Assembly (NCBI GenBank): GCA_051453625.1
Contig: JBOZIK010000001.1
Coordinates: 23,330,051 to 23,384,698 of the forward strand
Length of the DNA: 54,648 bases
Origin: Welwitschia mirabilis
Lineage: Eukaryota
Direction of reading: 5' to 3'
Shown: positions 37,612-51,192 of the stretch, piece after piece
Layout: each line of letters opens with the position of its first letter
Position numbering within the stretch: the first letter of the stretch is position 1
Notes under the pieces: model-generated
What the model was told of the DNA's origin: nothing
Database searches by the model: none
Seen by the model: the letters and a program-made list of their open reading frames with translations, nothing else
Translations under genes and position numbers: made by a program

Positions 37612-39804
37612 TGTATTTTATCTCAAATAAGTGATGATGTCCTACTACAAGCATACTAGGATAAATTTCTTAAGATGCACCTTTAGTAGTATGATATGAT
37701 AGCTATGATAACTTTAGTAATGATGAGTTAGCCATGCTTTATAGGTTTTTACTCTTCTAATAATGGTTGCACTCCCCTCATAATAAAAATAATTATCACT
37801 TAGAGGCTACAATATGAATTAGAGTCTTAAAATTAATGAATGATAAAATTAAATACTGCTTCAAAATGGACTTACTTACTTACACCCCAAAAATTAAACC
37901 AAAATCCAAAAAAGTAAAATGGTCATGTGGAAGTACTGTATGCAAAATAGGTTTAGAAANNNNNNNNNNNNNNNNNNNNNNNNNNNNNNNNNNNNNNNNN
38001 NNNNNNNNNNNNNNNNNNNNNNNNNNNNNNNNNNNNNNNNNNNNNNNNNNNNNNNNNNNTAATTATTACTTATAGGCTACAAGATGAATTAGAGTCTTAA
38101 AATCAATGAATGATAAAATCAAATACTACTTAAAAATGGACTTACCTACTGACACCCCAAAAATTAGACCAAAATCCAAAAAAGTAAAATGGTCATTGGA
38201 AGTACTGTATGCAAAATAGGTTTAGAAAACAAGTAATGCCTTTGATAATACTAGGGATATCATTGATCATGTAGCATTTAAATAATAATTATTTTTATAA
38301 TGAGGGGAGTTCAACCACTATTATAGGAGTAAAGACTNNNNNNNNNNNNNNNNNNNNNNNNNNNNNNNNNNNNNNNNNNNNNNNNNNNNNNNNNNNNNNN
38401 NNNNNNNNNNNNNNNNNNNNNNNNNNNNNNNNNNNNNNNNNNNNNNNNNNNNNNNNNNNNNNNNNNNNNNNNNNNNNNNNNNNNNNNNNNNNNNNNNNNN
38501 NNNNNNNNNNNNNNNNNNNNNNNNNNNNNNNNNNNNNNNNNNNNNNNNNNNNNNNNNNNNNNNNNNNNNNNNNNNNNNNNNNNNNNNNNNNNNNNNNNNN
38601 NNNNNNNNNNNNNNNNNNNNNNNNNNNNNNNNNNNNNNNNNNNNNNNNNNNNNNNNNNNNNNNNNNNNNNNNNNNNNNNNNNNNNNNNNNNNNNNNNNNN
38701 NNNNNNNNNNNNNNNNNNNNNNNNNNNNNNNNNNNNNNNNNNNNNNNNNNNNNNNNNNNNNNNNNNNNNNNNNNNNNNNNNNNNNNNNNNNNNNNNNNNN
38801 NNNNNNNNNNNNNNNNNNNNNNNNNNNNNNNNNNNNNNNNNNNNNNNNNNNNNNNNNNNNNNNNNNNNNNNNNNNNNNNNNNNNNNNNNNNNNNNNNNNN
38901 NNNNNNNNNNNNNNNNNNNNNNNNNNNNNNNNNNNNNNNNNNNNNNNNNNNNAAGAAAATTTTCCCTGATTCACTTATGGTAGGATGTCACAGTTTATTT
39001 TAGATAAAAGATAACTCTTTTCCTCCCTCCCTTCCTCCCTCCCTCCTCTCCCTCTCCATCTCAGTGAAATAGAATCCCACATAACTAAGTACTCATAAGG
39101 ATAAGGATGAAGTAATGAGACATGAAATAAGTGAGAACACACCCAAACAATTAGATACTCATACCATTAAAAGAGATTACAAGAACCAAGGCATCTTCCT
39201 TCAAAATGAAGNNNNNNNNNNNNNNNNNNNNNNNNNNNNNNNNNNNNNNNNNNNNNNNNNNNNNNNNNNNNNNNNNNNNNNNNNNNNNNNNNNNNNNNNN
39301 NNNNNNNNNNNGAAGTAAGAACCTAGAAAGCATGGCCATTTGTTCCTCTTGTAAAGTTTTCATAGCTACCATATCATACTACCAAAGGTACCTCTCAGGA
39401 AAATTTAACCTATTGTGCTTGTGGTAGGACATCATGATTTATTTTAGATTGAAGATAACTTATTTTCTTTTTTTTCTTTTTTTTAAAAAAATTGAAAAGA
39501 TCCCACATGACCAAGTGCTTATAAGGATAATGATAAAGTAATGGAATAAGAAACAAGTGAGAGCATGCTCAAACAACTAAAAACTCATACCGTTGAGAGA
39601 GAATACAAGAGCCACATTGTCCTCCTTCAAAATGAAGTTCATAGATATATGAATGTCTTAAGATTTGATGAATATAATCTTATTACTTTGGAGTGCCTAA
39701 GAAAAAGAATACTAATCATGGTAACTTCATAAAGTAATATATAAGTCAAGTTAAAGATGTTTAAGTGATACCATTACATCTACCTAAAGAATTAACTAAT
39801 AAAT

Positions 39805-42800
39805 AATTTAGATAATGGTAGGAGAAAAATCCTCCTCATCAAGAGGGAATTCCAAGTTAAGTTCTTCTATTATGTTCAAGGTTTGATTGGTAGTTGATTC
39901 ATAAATTTTCAACCTTTTTCTATTAACTTTCTGAATTTTCTTAGTGTTTGAATTAAATATTTTAACTGAGCCATTGAAATGTACTTTTTCTATATGATAA
40001 AGACCTAATCATTTAGAGGTTAACTTCTTGTGTAAAATATGTACTTAGGTATTGTATTAAAAAACTAGTTAACCTAGTTCAAATTGTTATGGATAATCTT
40101 TTTATCATGTTTAAACTTGGCTTGAGATTTATGAATGAGTTAATGATATATAGCATACATACATTTTTTATTTAAATGATTAAGTTGGGCTAACTAAGTC
40201 TTAATATTTTCATCTAAGTTTACAAGATTAAATTAATGAGTGGATCGATAGGAGTTATAACAAATATAAATCAGCAAGATACAAACCTTTTTGTACATAA
40301 GTTTGTAAGGTAAAAAACTAAGATATTTTTTGCCAAGTAGTATGGTAAGCCCAAAGAACATCATTAAATTTATTAGAGAATATTTTTAATTTTCTATTAG
40401 CACTTTCATGTTGGCCATTAGTTTGTGGATGATAAGTACATGTAATTCTATGTTCAATTATAATGAATAAAAGAAGTCTATGAAAATAGCAATTGATAAA
40501 ATGAGTTCCTTGGTCACTAATGATGATTCTAGGGAAATCAAAACACTAAATGATATGAGTTTGAATGAAATTATAGATAGTTCAGACATCATTTTTGGAA
40601 ATAGGAATAGCTTCAACTCACTTGATAACATAATTAATAGTTATTAAGATGTAGTTTTCATTATGAAAACGTGGTTTGATAGGGCCTATAAAGTCAATCC
40701 CATAATAGTCAAAGGGTTCATATTCAAGCATAAGTTTAAGGGCATATCTTAAAATTGAGTTAGGCTACCCTAACATTAATAAGAATTACACCTTCTAGTA
40801 AAGTCAAAAGAATACTTGAAAAGGGTAGACTAATAAAATCTAGAGTAAAGAATTTTCATTATAGNNNNNNNNNNTAAATATTAAGAATATCTATATTTTT
40901 CCACTTAGGCATACATTTATACATGCTTTGATCTTTGCATTTATAATAAAGATCAGTTTCATTCCACTCATAATCATCAATCCTATGGAGAAAAGAGTTC
41001 TATTGGTTATTGTTCTGATGCTGAGGTATTTTCATGATAACAAGGTAATTCATAATATCAACATAACAAGGAGTAGGATAAGTAGAGAAGATGGCATAAA
41101 TTTTTTTAATCATAAATAATTTTTCATTAGGAAAGGAATCATTGATTGAAGTTTCATCAAGAGAACAAGAGAGTTAAGACAAGTGATCTGCAATGCTATT
41201 ATGTTTTTTAGCCTTATCAGTGATGGTAAAATTAAATTATTATATGAGAAGGATTCATCTAATGAGTTTAGTAATAGAATTTTTCTTGGTCATAAGGTAA
41301 TACATGACTACATAATCTATGCAAACACTGGTATCAAATCCAAGAAGATAGTATCTAAGGTGATCAAGATAAAGGATGATGACAAGCATTCCTTTTTTTA
41401 TGGTAGTATACTTGGATTAGGCATTAGATAAATTTTTACAAAGATAAGTATGAATTTAAGATCATCATTTTTGCATTTTTGATTAATAGCCCCCCTCCCT
41501 CTTCTTCCCCAGTAATGTTGTTAGCATTACACATAAGTTCAACATATTTAGTTTAATTAAGACACATTATAATAAAGAATTTCATCTTAAATGTTTTAAA
41601 AGCAAATTAACATTAGTCATTCTAATCAAATTTAGCTTCCTTTCCAAGTAATGAGTGAAGGGATTTATAAATCTTAGCATAATTTTAAATAAAATAGTAA
41701 TAGAAACAAGCATGAATAATAAAAGATATAACTTGTTTTATATTAGCTGATGGGTTAAGGTTTTTAATTATACCAACTTTTGTAGGTTCCATCTTAATTT
41801 CCACACTAGAAATATGGTAACCTAAAATAATCCCATTGTTAATAAGGAAGAAACTCTTTTTTCAACTTAAATGTAGACTACTTTATATAAATATATTTAA
41901 TACCTTTTATAATTTTTTCATGATTTATTCAAAAGTTTCATGAAATATTAAGAAGTCATCCATAGATATTTTAATAGATTCTATTATCATGTCAGAAAAG
42001 ATATCCATCATTATTCATTGAAAAGTTTGAGGGGCATTACAAAGTTAAAAATGCATTATTCTAAAGGTAAATACTCCAAAATGAGAAGTAAAGTTTGTTT
42101 TTTCTTAGTTATTACTAGCTATGAAAACCTGATTGTAACCATATATCCATTAAAAAATATTAGTAGACATGTCCTTGGATTCTATCAAGTACTTGATCAA
42201 GAAAGAGTAAAGGACAATAATCCTTTTTAATTACCTCATTAAGTTTTCTAAAGTCAATGCACATTCTTCATTTTCCATCTTTTTTAGGGACTACTATCAA
42301 GAGGCTAATCCACTCACTATCAGATATAGCATAAATAATTCTAGCATTCATGAGTTTAATAAATTTGTCTTTAACTACTTCCTTAATGCTAGGTCAAGCC
42401 TTTATTAGGGGTATCTAACTGATTTAACATTATATTTAAAGTAGATTTTGTATTAAAGTATGGAAGGAGGAATTACAACTAAATCCTTATGGGTCTAAGC
42501 AAAAGCATTTTACTTAAAATTTAAAAGTAATACTAATTTAGATTCATGTTAATGGGTGAGGAGTTCTCATATCAACAAAAATTTGGGTAACTCTTTTAAT
42601 TCTGAGTTGTAATCTTTAGTTTTATTATTAAATTGTTATCATTGACTATTATCCTAAGCTATCATCTAGGTTACATCAATGAATAATACCTCTTAAAAAT
42701 ACCTTCCATTAAATTCATATGTTATACTTCTTCCCAGTTTAAAACGTCCTCATGCTTATGATTGAGCTAGTGTATTTCAGTTGGGTTATCATACAAGTTA

Positions 42801-45320
42801 GATTTATGTGGCATTATCCATCTCCCTTTAATTGGGTAATGCTATAAAAATAAAGATGATTTAAGTTATTCTTCTAAGTTTCACTCATCTCATGTTTCGT
42901 TTTTAGTAGTATCAAAAACTCTAATGGTAAATTTCTTATTGCCTATGTAACCTTCCCCTATTCTAGTTTGTATGTTGATAATACAATGGACAGTTGCATA
43001 AAACACTCTTCTTAAGAGTAGTGGATAACATCTATCATGTTCTACTTTAATAATAACTACATCTATGAGGTAGAAGGATTCTTCTATTTGTATAACTAAG
43101 TTTTTAATGATTTCCAAGGGTTTTTTAATTGAAGTATCAACCAATTCTAAGATAATTTGTATAGGTTTCATTTTATTTTTTGACCCAAGTCTTTTACATA
43201 TAAGAGTTATGATGTTTATAGTTTATCCTATGTTAATTAAGGCTTTTCTAATTCTCTTATTTCCTTCTAAATTAATACTATTTATTGCTATCCTAAGGTT
43301 TTTAAATTTAGGACCTTTTTGCATGACTAAGTTGGAGATAAATTAAGTGAGGTAGACCTTTCTAGAAATGGTATGTTTTTTATTTTCTTCTAACTAGATC
43401 CTTTAATAAATTAACATAATTAAAATTTTAAGTTTTTATTATAGGTAGGATTTGTGTTTAACTTATCAAGCCAGGGAGTAGGTGGTTTCTTCCCTTTATT
43501 TTCTTAAGAATTTTTCATAATAGGCTTATCATTTAGGATTGAAGGCAAGTTATATGTGCTTCAAATTTTGACATCATTTCCTTCCTTATCTATTTTATTA
43601 TTTTTCAAATTTGAAGCCTCATGGATAGGAGGTGTTGTATCATTTTTACTTCTAGTTACTACCTTTAAATCTTTCTTGTCTTCATTTGAATTGGGAAAAG
43701 GTTAAGATACCGAATACTCTTGTCGTCATTGATTGGCTAATATTGTTTGTTAAAGTACATTTACTAAGTTTTTAATATTATTATTAATTTTTCTTACATA
43801 TTTTTTAGTTCTTCTATTGAATCTCTAAGTGGATCATTCTAATTTGATTAAAGGTTTGAGGTGCTTGGTTAAAAATTGGAGTTATCTGGCTAGAGGTTTG
43901 AATTTCTAAATCTATTCTCAAAGGTTTTCAATTTAATTATCCTCTTAATCTTTATTGAAATTTTGCTTAGCTTTTAAACTTAGATGCCCTTTGATTAAAT
44001 GCACACAATTCCTCAAACATTCTTTCTTTAAAAGTTGGTAACAAGGGGCATTCTTTAGTTGAATGAAAGTTGTCTTTACATATATCACATGTTGAAGTCA
44101 TGTTTACCTCTTTTAATACCTTTACATCAACTACCATTCGAGTGNNNNNNNNNNNNNNNNNNNNNNNNNNNNNNNNNNNNNNNNNNNNNNNNNNNNNNNN
44201 NNNNNNNNNNNNNNNNNNNNNNNNNNNNNNNNNNNNNNNNNNNNAACTATCATTTGAGTGTACTTCTCCAAAGTGAGAGTGAAATCCTTAATCATATTGG
44301 TTGGATAACTTTTCTCTTTTCCCTTATCATGTTTTACTTTCTTTAAATCTTTTATGATTGGGCCTATGGTTTGATTTTCTTTAAAGGTTTATTTTGATCA
44401 AGTTTGACTTATTTCAACTAAATCTTCTAATAACTTTCATGCATAATCTAAGATCAAGTTCATCATGTTTCCACCACAAGAAAAATTTATAAGTTGTTTA
44501 GCTTGATTAGTTAATCCATTGTAAAAATAATTTATCAACTCTTCTTTACAAAATTCATCAATAGGATTGGAATGAATAGCTATGATAAATCACTCATATG
44601 TTATGGTATAATCTTCTTGAGNNNNNNNNNNNNNNNNNNNNNNNNNNNNNNNNNNNNNNNNNNNNNNNNNNNNNNNCAAGAAATGTTTAATAAAAGCTTC
44701 TTATACTTAACTCCATGATTTAAGACTATTGTATGGATTGGTTCTAACCCAAATTTTTGCTTTTTCTCAAAGTGTGATAGAAACGATAGCCATGTAATTA
44801 TGATTAGTAATGCATTTCTTTCCATTTCCTGAGGTAAGCATAAGTTGTTCAATGTCAGTTAGATGTTGAAAAGGGTTGTCTTCAGGTTTCCATGAAAATG
44901 TTGGATATGTACTTAAATTTATCAATTCTACATCATTATCAAAAGTTAAATCCAAAGAATTTTATATTTCACATTTTATATTAGCAATTAAATCTCTAAA
45001 TGTAGCATTCACATTCAAAGTAGAAGTTCTTGTCATGATTAGTATGTTAGATGAAGCTACTTGCTTTTATCTTTATGATAGTTTCTACATATATGAAAAA
45101 AAATAATATGATTTACTACTATGCTATTATTTGCATTATTTTCTTTTAAAAAATTTGACTTTAAAATAATAAAAGTAGAAAAATATTCTTATTCAACTCT
45201 TAGAATTTCTAGGGTGTGTGTAGTTAGATTTTTCTTAAAGTTAAATAAACCTTTGTTAATATTTTCTTCAATTAAGTTCCACTCTTTTTGATATTTTATG
45301 TTTTACTAGAATTCATTATG
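39805..45320 (-). pseudogene. Decayed gag-pol of C
   Basis: LSTYPTFSWKPEDNPFQHL (gag, 44767-44955); PLLLRRVFYATVHCII (PR, 42890-43171); SEWISLLIVVPKKDGK (RT, ~42270-42320); SMDDF (~41955); INT HHCC region ~40770-41000. Confidence 0.92.
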
Positions 45321-45754
45321 TCCCTACATACTCAGATAAAAAACATAATGGCCATTATTTTGTACATCATCCAGACGATATAAGAGATAACCAGCAGATG
45401 TATGTTCTAGAATATAGAAAAANNNNNNNNNNNNNNNNNNNNNNNNNNNNNNNNNNNNNNNNNNNNNNNNNNNNNNNNNNNNNNNNNNNNNNNNNNNNNN
45501 NNNNNNNNNNNNNNNNNNNNNNNNNNNNNNNNNNNNNNNNNNNNNNNNNNNNNNNNNNNNNNNNNNNNNNNNNNNNNNNNNNNNNNNNNNNNNNNNNNNN
45601 NNNNNNNNNNNNNNNNNNNNNNNNNNNNNNNNNNNNTAAAAAAATAAAACCTATGGAAACTAGAATATAAATACATTTTTTTTAAATAAATAACTTAAAT
45701 AAAAAATCTAAAATACTATTCTAGATAGTAATAATCCTCCAGCTCCTTATGATC

Positions 45755-45773
45755 TTTTCAAGTGATGATGCCA
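45755..45773 (-). promoter_or_regulatory. Decayed PBS of C (duplicate ~46297-46314)
   Basis: Minus strand ...cattgcaaCA ttt tggcatcatcacttgaaaa. Confidence 0.65.
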
Positions 45774-46317
45774 AAATGTTGCAATGTGAATTTGTGCAAT
45801 CTTGAAGTCCTTAAGTAGATCCTGTAAATCACAAATACTAGCAAAAAAAATATACACTAGTATAGAGGAAAGTTAATACAAATGTTATAACNNNNNNNNN
45901 NNNNNNNNNNNNNNNNNNNNNNNNNNNNNNNNNNNNNNNNNNNNNNNNNNNNNNNNNNNNNNNNNNNNNNNNNNNNNNNNNNNNNNNNNNNAAGTAAAGC
46001 TACTAACAATCGTTTACCTAGTCATCTAGATGATGAAGGAGATGATGTACTCTTTATTATGCTATAGAAAACTAAAAGCTTTATTGTTGAAATTAGAACA
46101 AAGGCATAAAACACAAACCATCATCCACCTAGTCATTTAGATGACAGAGAGGTAATACTACTAAAATGAAAGATTGTGAGAAAATAAAACCTATGGAAAC
46201 TAGAATAGAAATATAAAATTTTTTAAGTACATAACTTAAATCAAAAATCTAAAATACTATTCTAGATAGTAATAATCCTTTAGCTCCTTGTGACCATTTT
46301 AAGTGATGGTGCGAAAA

Positions 46318-47436
46318 TGTTGCAATGTGAATTTNNNNNNNNNNAAAGAATACACACTAGTATAGAGGAGAGTTAACCCAAATGTAATAACTTATTGAAG
46401 ACATTATGCTAAAAGTTAGAGGATTGATTTCAATAAAGTATTTTTAGTTTTTTTTGCTTAAAGGAAATGAAAATAAGAAACAAGCAAATGTAATGCAAAA
46501 GGAATGATGATGAAATGCTTATAGATGAAATTCAAATTAATTAATCTATTTAACTATTAATATTTCTATCACAAGGATCAGCCCTTATAACTTAGATTAA
46601 TTAAAAAAAGCTATTACTTATCCCTAATCAACATAATCTATAAGATACCTCAAACAAAATGTGGAGTGATGGAAATGTAATATGAAATGAATGCAGTGTA
46701 AGGTCTAAACTAAACATATTAACCATAATAAAGGTAATTCTTATGATCTAGATAAACTAAAATATAAAGCTGTTACAAATCATAATCAACTTATACCATA
46801 AGGGAAGTTTACATAATAGAAGTGAAAAGATTTCTCATATTAATTATGAATTAATATTCACTTATAAAAAAAGTAGTAACAACTCGATANNNNNNNNNNN
46901 NNNNNNNNNNNNNNNNNNNNNNNNNNNNNNNNNNNNNNNNNNNNNNNNNNNNNNNNNNNNNNNNNNNNNNNNNNNNNNNNNNNNNNNNNAATATTCACTT
47001 ATAAAAAAAGTAGTAATAACTCAATAAAGGATACTTAGCCTAACATTAAAGAATACTTCTCTTCGTAGTTATGAATGGATTTCCTATCTTTAATCTCCCA
47101 TTACAAGACTTTTCAATATAAAAGATGAAATTAGAAGTAAAGGTAATGAAGGTATTTATAGTTTTACATTAAATATTCTAGAAGAAAAACCCTATAAATC
47201 AAAAAATAAATCTTAGCAACTCATATAGTTCATGGGACTTCATTACAAAGATAATTCATTTCATTCATACAAAATAGTTATCATCCTAATTGTCATTTGA
47301 ATAATAGTGGAAATGATACATTATAATAAGAGGTGAATCATTAGCTTTTAGCCTTACAGCTAGCCCTATAGCTTTAGTTTAAATTAGAATCTGTGTCATG
47401 CTAGCTCTCATCTAGATGATGTAGGAGATTATAGGC
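46318..47436 (-). repeat. 5' LTR of C, outer ~450 bp missing (gap or interruption)
   Basis: Inverted homology to 29630-30662. Confidence 0.8.
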
Positions 47437-48109
47437 NNNNNNNNNNNNNNNNNNNNNNNNNNNNNNNNNNNNNNNNNNNNNNNNNNNNNNNNNNNNNNNN
47501 NNNNNNNNNNNNNNNNNNNNNNNNNNNNNNNNNNNNNNNNNNNNNNNNNNNNNNNNNNNNNNNNNNNNNNNNNNNNNNNNNNNNNNNNNNNNNNNNNNNN
47601 NNNNNNNNNNNNTCCTGCAAAGTACACAAAATACTTCATCAAATACATATAATTTATCATTACAAAATAGGCCTTTACTTAGCTTTATTAGTATTATATT
47701 ATGTTTTGTCAATTGATGTCAAACTAATGTTTTGTGTATAGCAAATTTTTTGTATCTTGTATAGAATATGTTAATTACTTGCAAGTCAAAAATGAAATCA
47801 AAACCATTGAATTTTGAGTACTAGAAACATATTAGTTCTTTTATCCTCTTAAGAGGTTAATGAAACTTTCNNNNNNNNNNNNNNNNNNNNNNNNNNNNNN
47901 NNNNNNNNNNNNNNNNNNNNNNNNNNNNNNNNNNNNNNNNNNNNNNNNNNNNNNNNNNNNNNNNNNNNNNTAATTAATGTCAAACTAATATTTCTGTATA
48001 GCAAATTTTATGTATCTTGTGTAGAAGATGTTAATTACTTATAGGTTAAAATATGAAACCAAAATCATCAACTTCTAAGCACTAGAAACCTCTTAGTTCT
48101 TTTATCCTA

Positions 48110-48650
48110 TTAAGGGGTCAACTAGATTTTTAAGGGGGCAATTGCACCTAAAGCAAATATAAAATAAACTACATCTAGAGGGATCGACCGAATTTCTGAT
48201 GGCATCGATTAGACTTGTAATCTTGAGAACCAGTGTTCCTGAACCGAATGATAAGGGGTTGATCGGATCCTTATGAGCTTAACCAGATTTGAAAACCTAA
48301 GAAATAGTACTCTTGAACTGATTATCAAGGGGTCAATCAAACCTCTGATGGGATCAACTGGATCTAATCACTGTGCAGTGATACTTTAAAGCCAATCATC
48401 ATGGGGTCGACTAGACACTTAAAGGAATTGACTAGACCTGATGCTGGAAACTAAAAAGAAGTTTATCAGGATAAGTGGGTGACTGGATTTTATTATAGAT
48501 GATTGGAGTAGGATCAACCGGACCCCAATGACGTTAATTAAACATGAAGCTATAAGAAATTGGAGTAAATAAAATTCTTACTTGGGTAACCTATGTAAGT
48601 CATGGCACTAGATGGGATTGACTAAACTTTTGAGGGGTCGACCAGATGGA
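48110..48650. repeat. Array of palindromic motifs, inferred consensus GGGGTCGACCGGACCCC (second copy ~49345-49815)
   Basis: ggggtcgactagacac, ggatcaaccggacccc, ggggttgatcggatcc, ggggtcgaccagat and others; about 12 copies. Confidence 0.8.
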
Positions 48651-50244
48651 ACAGAAGTAAAATTTTTTAGAGATTATATATCTATTACGTAGCTATTAGA
48701 TAGCTATTTTCTAGCCATTTATAGTCATTGGAAGTACATTTTAAATGCAATAAACCCTAAAAACCTTACAATGTAAATATCCAAGAGATAGATAACTATA
48801 GAGTTCTTTTTGGAACCAATTTTAATGGTGTTAATTTATTGGATCTAAGGAATGAGCACTATAATCTTGCGATATTCATTATTATATCTTAGCATCTATA
48901 CTTCTGATCAAGGAAGATCTACCATCTGTATCACCTATACATTCAAAGTTAGATCTTGTGCTTCATCCATTTTACATCTATAAGAGAAGAGATCCATTAT
49001 ATCCCTTGCATCAAGAACAAGTGATATCCATACATATTTGGAATCATTACATCACTACTTTGTTTTATGAAAGATTAAAACTTAAAAAGTTCATTAAAAG
49101 GTTGAGAATAGGCCTTGAAAAATCCACTTAAAGATTAATACTAAGCCTTGAAAAGTCCATTCAAAGATTGAAATGAAGCCTAGAAAATTCCATTTGTAAA
49201 GGTTATAGATAAACCTAGAATACTTNNNNNNNNNNNNNNNNNNNNNNNNNNNNNNNNNNNNNNNNNNNNNNNNNNNNNNNNNNNNNNNNNNNNNNNNNNN
49301 NNNNNNNNNNNNNNNNNNNNNNNNNACTAAAATGAACTGCATTCATAGGAATCGACTAAATTTCTGATGGGGTCAATCAGACTTGTAATCTTGAGAACCA
49401 GTGTTCCTGAACCAAATGATAAGGGGTTGATCGGATCCTTATGAGGTTAACTAGATTTGAGAACCTAAGAAATAATACTCCTAAACTAATTGTTAAGGGG
49501 TCGATCAAACCTATGATGGGGTCAAATGAACCTAAGCACTGTGTAGTGATACTTCAAAGCTAATCATTATGGGATTGACCAGACACCTAAAGGAATTGAC
49601 TGGACCTAATGCTGGAGACTAAAAAGAAGTTTATCAAGACAAGTGGGTTACTAGATTTTATTGTAGATGATTGGAGTAGGATCAACTGGATCCCAATGGA
49701 GTTAATCAAACATGAAGCCAGAAGAAATTGGGGTAAATAAAATTCTCAGTCGAGTAATCTATGTAAGTCATGGCACCAGATGAGATCGACTAAAATTTTG
49801 AGGGGTTGACCAGATGAAACAGAAGTAAAATTTTCTAGACATTATATATCTATTATGTAGATATTAGGTAGCTGTTTCTTAGCCATTTATAGCCATTGGA
49901 AGCACATTTTAAATGCAATAAACCCTAACAACCTTATAATATAAATATCTAAGAGATAGATAACTGTAGAGTTCTTTTTTGAATCAATTTCAATGGTGTT
50001 AATTTATTGGATCTAAGGAATGAGCACTATAATCTTGCGATACTCATTATTGTATTTTGGCATCTGTACTTTGGATCAAGGAAGATCTACCATCTGTATC
50101 ATCTCTACATTCAAAGTTAGATCTTGTGCTTCATCCATTTTACATCTATAAGAGAAGAGCTCCATTATATCCATTGCATTAAGAACAAGCGATATCCATA
50201 CATATTTGGAATTATTACATCACTACTTTGTTTTGTGAAAGATT

Positions 50245-50392
50245 AAAACTTAAAAAGTCCATTTAAAGATTGAGACTAAGCCTTGAAAAATCCGCTTAAA
50301 GGTTATGACTAAGCCTTGAAAAGTCCATTCAAAGATTGAAATAAAGCCTAGAAAAGTCTATTTGTAAAGGTTATAGGTGAACCTAGAATACC
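50245..50392. repeat. ~32-bp degenerate tandem repeat in the SIRE LTR (also ~49078-49225)
   Basis: aagccttgaaaagtccatt.aaag.tt.. about 4 times. Confidence 0.75.
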
Positions 50393-51140
50393 TAGTGCAG
50401 TAACGAAGATCCAGATCTAACTTGGTAATAAGCTGATCATTGAGAGTGGAGTAGGAGATTTCTTGAACCACTATAAATCNNNNNNNNNNNNNNNNNNNNN
50501 NNNNNNNNNNNNNNNNNNNNNNNNNNNNNNNNNNNNNNNNNNNNNNNNNNNNNNNNNNNNNNNNNNNNNNNNNNNNNNNNNNNNNNNNNNNNNNNNNNNN
50601 NNNNNNNNNNNNNNNNNNNNNNNNNNNNNNNNNNNNNNNNNNNNNNNNNNNNNNNNNNNNNNNNNNNNNNNNNNNNNNNNNNNNNNNNNNNNNNNNNNNN
50701 NNNNNNNNNNNNNNNNNNNNNNNNNNNNNNNNNNNNNNNNNNNNNNNNNNNNNNNNNNNNNNNNNNNNNNNNNNNNNNNNNNNNNNNNNNNNNNNNNNNN
50801 NNNNNNNNNNNNNNNNNNNNNNNNNNNNNNNNNNNNNNNNNNNNNNNNNNNNNNNNNNNNNNNNNNNNNNNNNNNNNNNNNNNNNNNNNNNNNNNNNNNN
50901 NNNNNNNNNNNNNNNNNNNNNNNNNNNNNNNNNNNNNNNNNNNNNNNNNNNNNNNNNNNNNNNNNNNNNNNNNNNNNNNNNNNNNNTTACTTCTATTATT
51001 TTTCATTTTCATGCACATTTTGGATTAGTTAATTATTGTGTGTAAGTTTTGGTTTAAACATTGGATTCATTTAGAATATTGTATTGTATTTTTTTAAAGA
51101 ATCTATTCACCCCCTCTCTAGGGTTATTGATCCTATTAAT

Positions 51141-51152
51141 TGGTATTAAAGC
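51141..51152 (+). promoter_or_regulatory. tRNA-iMet primer binding site
   Basis: tggtattaaagc vs TGGTATCAGAGC (10/12; C>T and G>A), 2 nt after the LTR end. Confidence 0.85.
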
Positions 51153-51192
51153 TAAGTTAATTCTTGTTTAGATTTTAACCAATCCATCTAAT

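Larger units (their letters stand above)
28891..38337 (+). mobile_element. Element B: Athila-like Ty3/gypsy retrotransposon (5' LTR, PBS, gag-pol, 3' UTR; 3' LTR not seen)
   Basis: LTR 28891-30662, PBS, gag and pol motifs in the order PR-RT-RH-INT. Confidence 0.9.
38953..47436 (-). mobile_element. Element C: inverted copy of the B family (3' UTR, gag-pol, PBS, partial 5' LTR)
   Basis: Collinear reverse complement of B throughout, e.g. 39312-39850 vs 36740-37760, and 47340-47430 vs 29640-29730. Confidence 0.9.
47613..51138 (+). repeat. 5' LTR of the SIRE-like element (about 1 kb duplicated across gap 49226-49325)
   Basis: Ends ctattcaccccctctctaggg...cctatta, matching the Sirevirus C-rich LTR terminus ATTCACCCCCCTCTAG; TATAAATA at 49940-49947 follows the motif array. 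Confidence 0.8.

Noticed and set aside
37438..37659. Hydrophobic plus Arg-rich small protein
   Set aside because: The Arg/Lys run is the GA/GAA microsatellite in the 3' UTR of B and differs between copies.
48750..48765. aaaccctaa as telomeric repeat
   Set aside because: Single unit inside an LTR, not an array.
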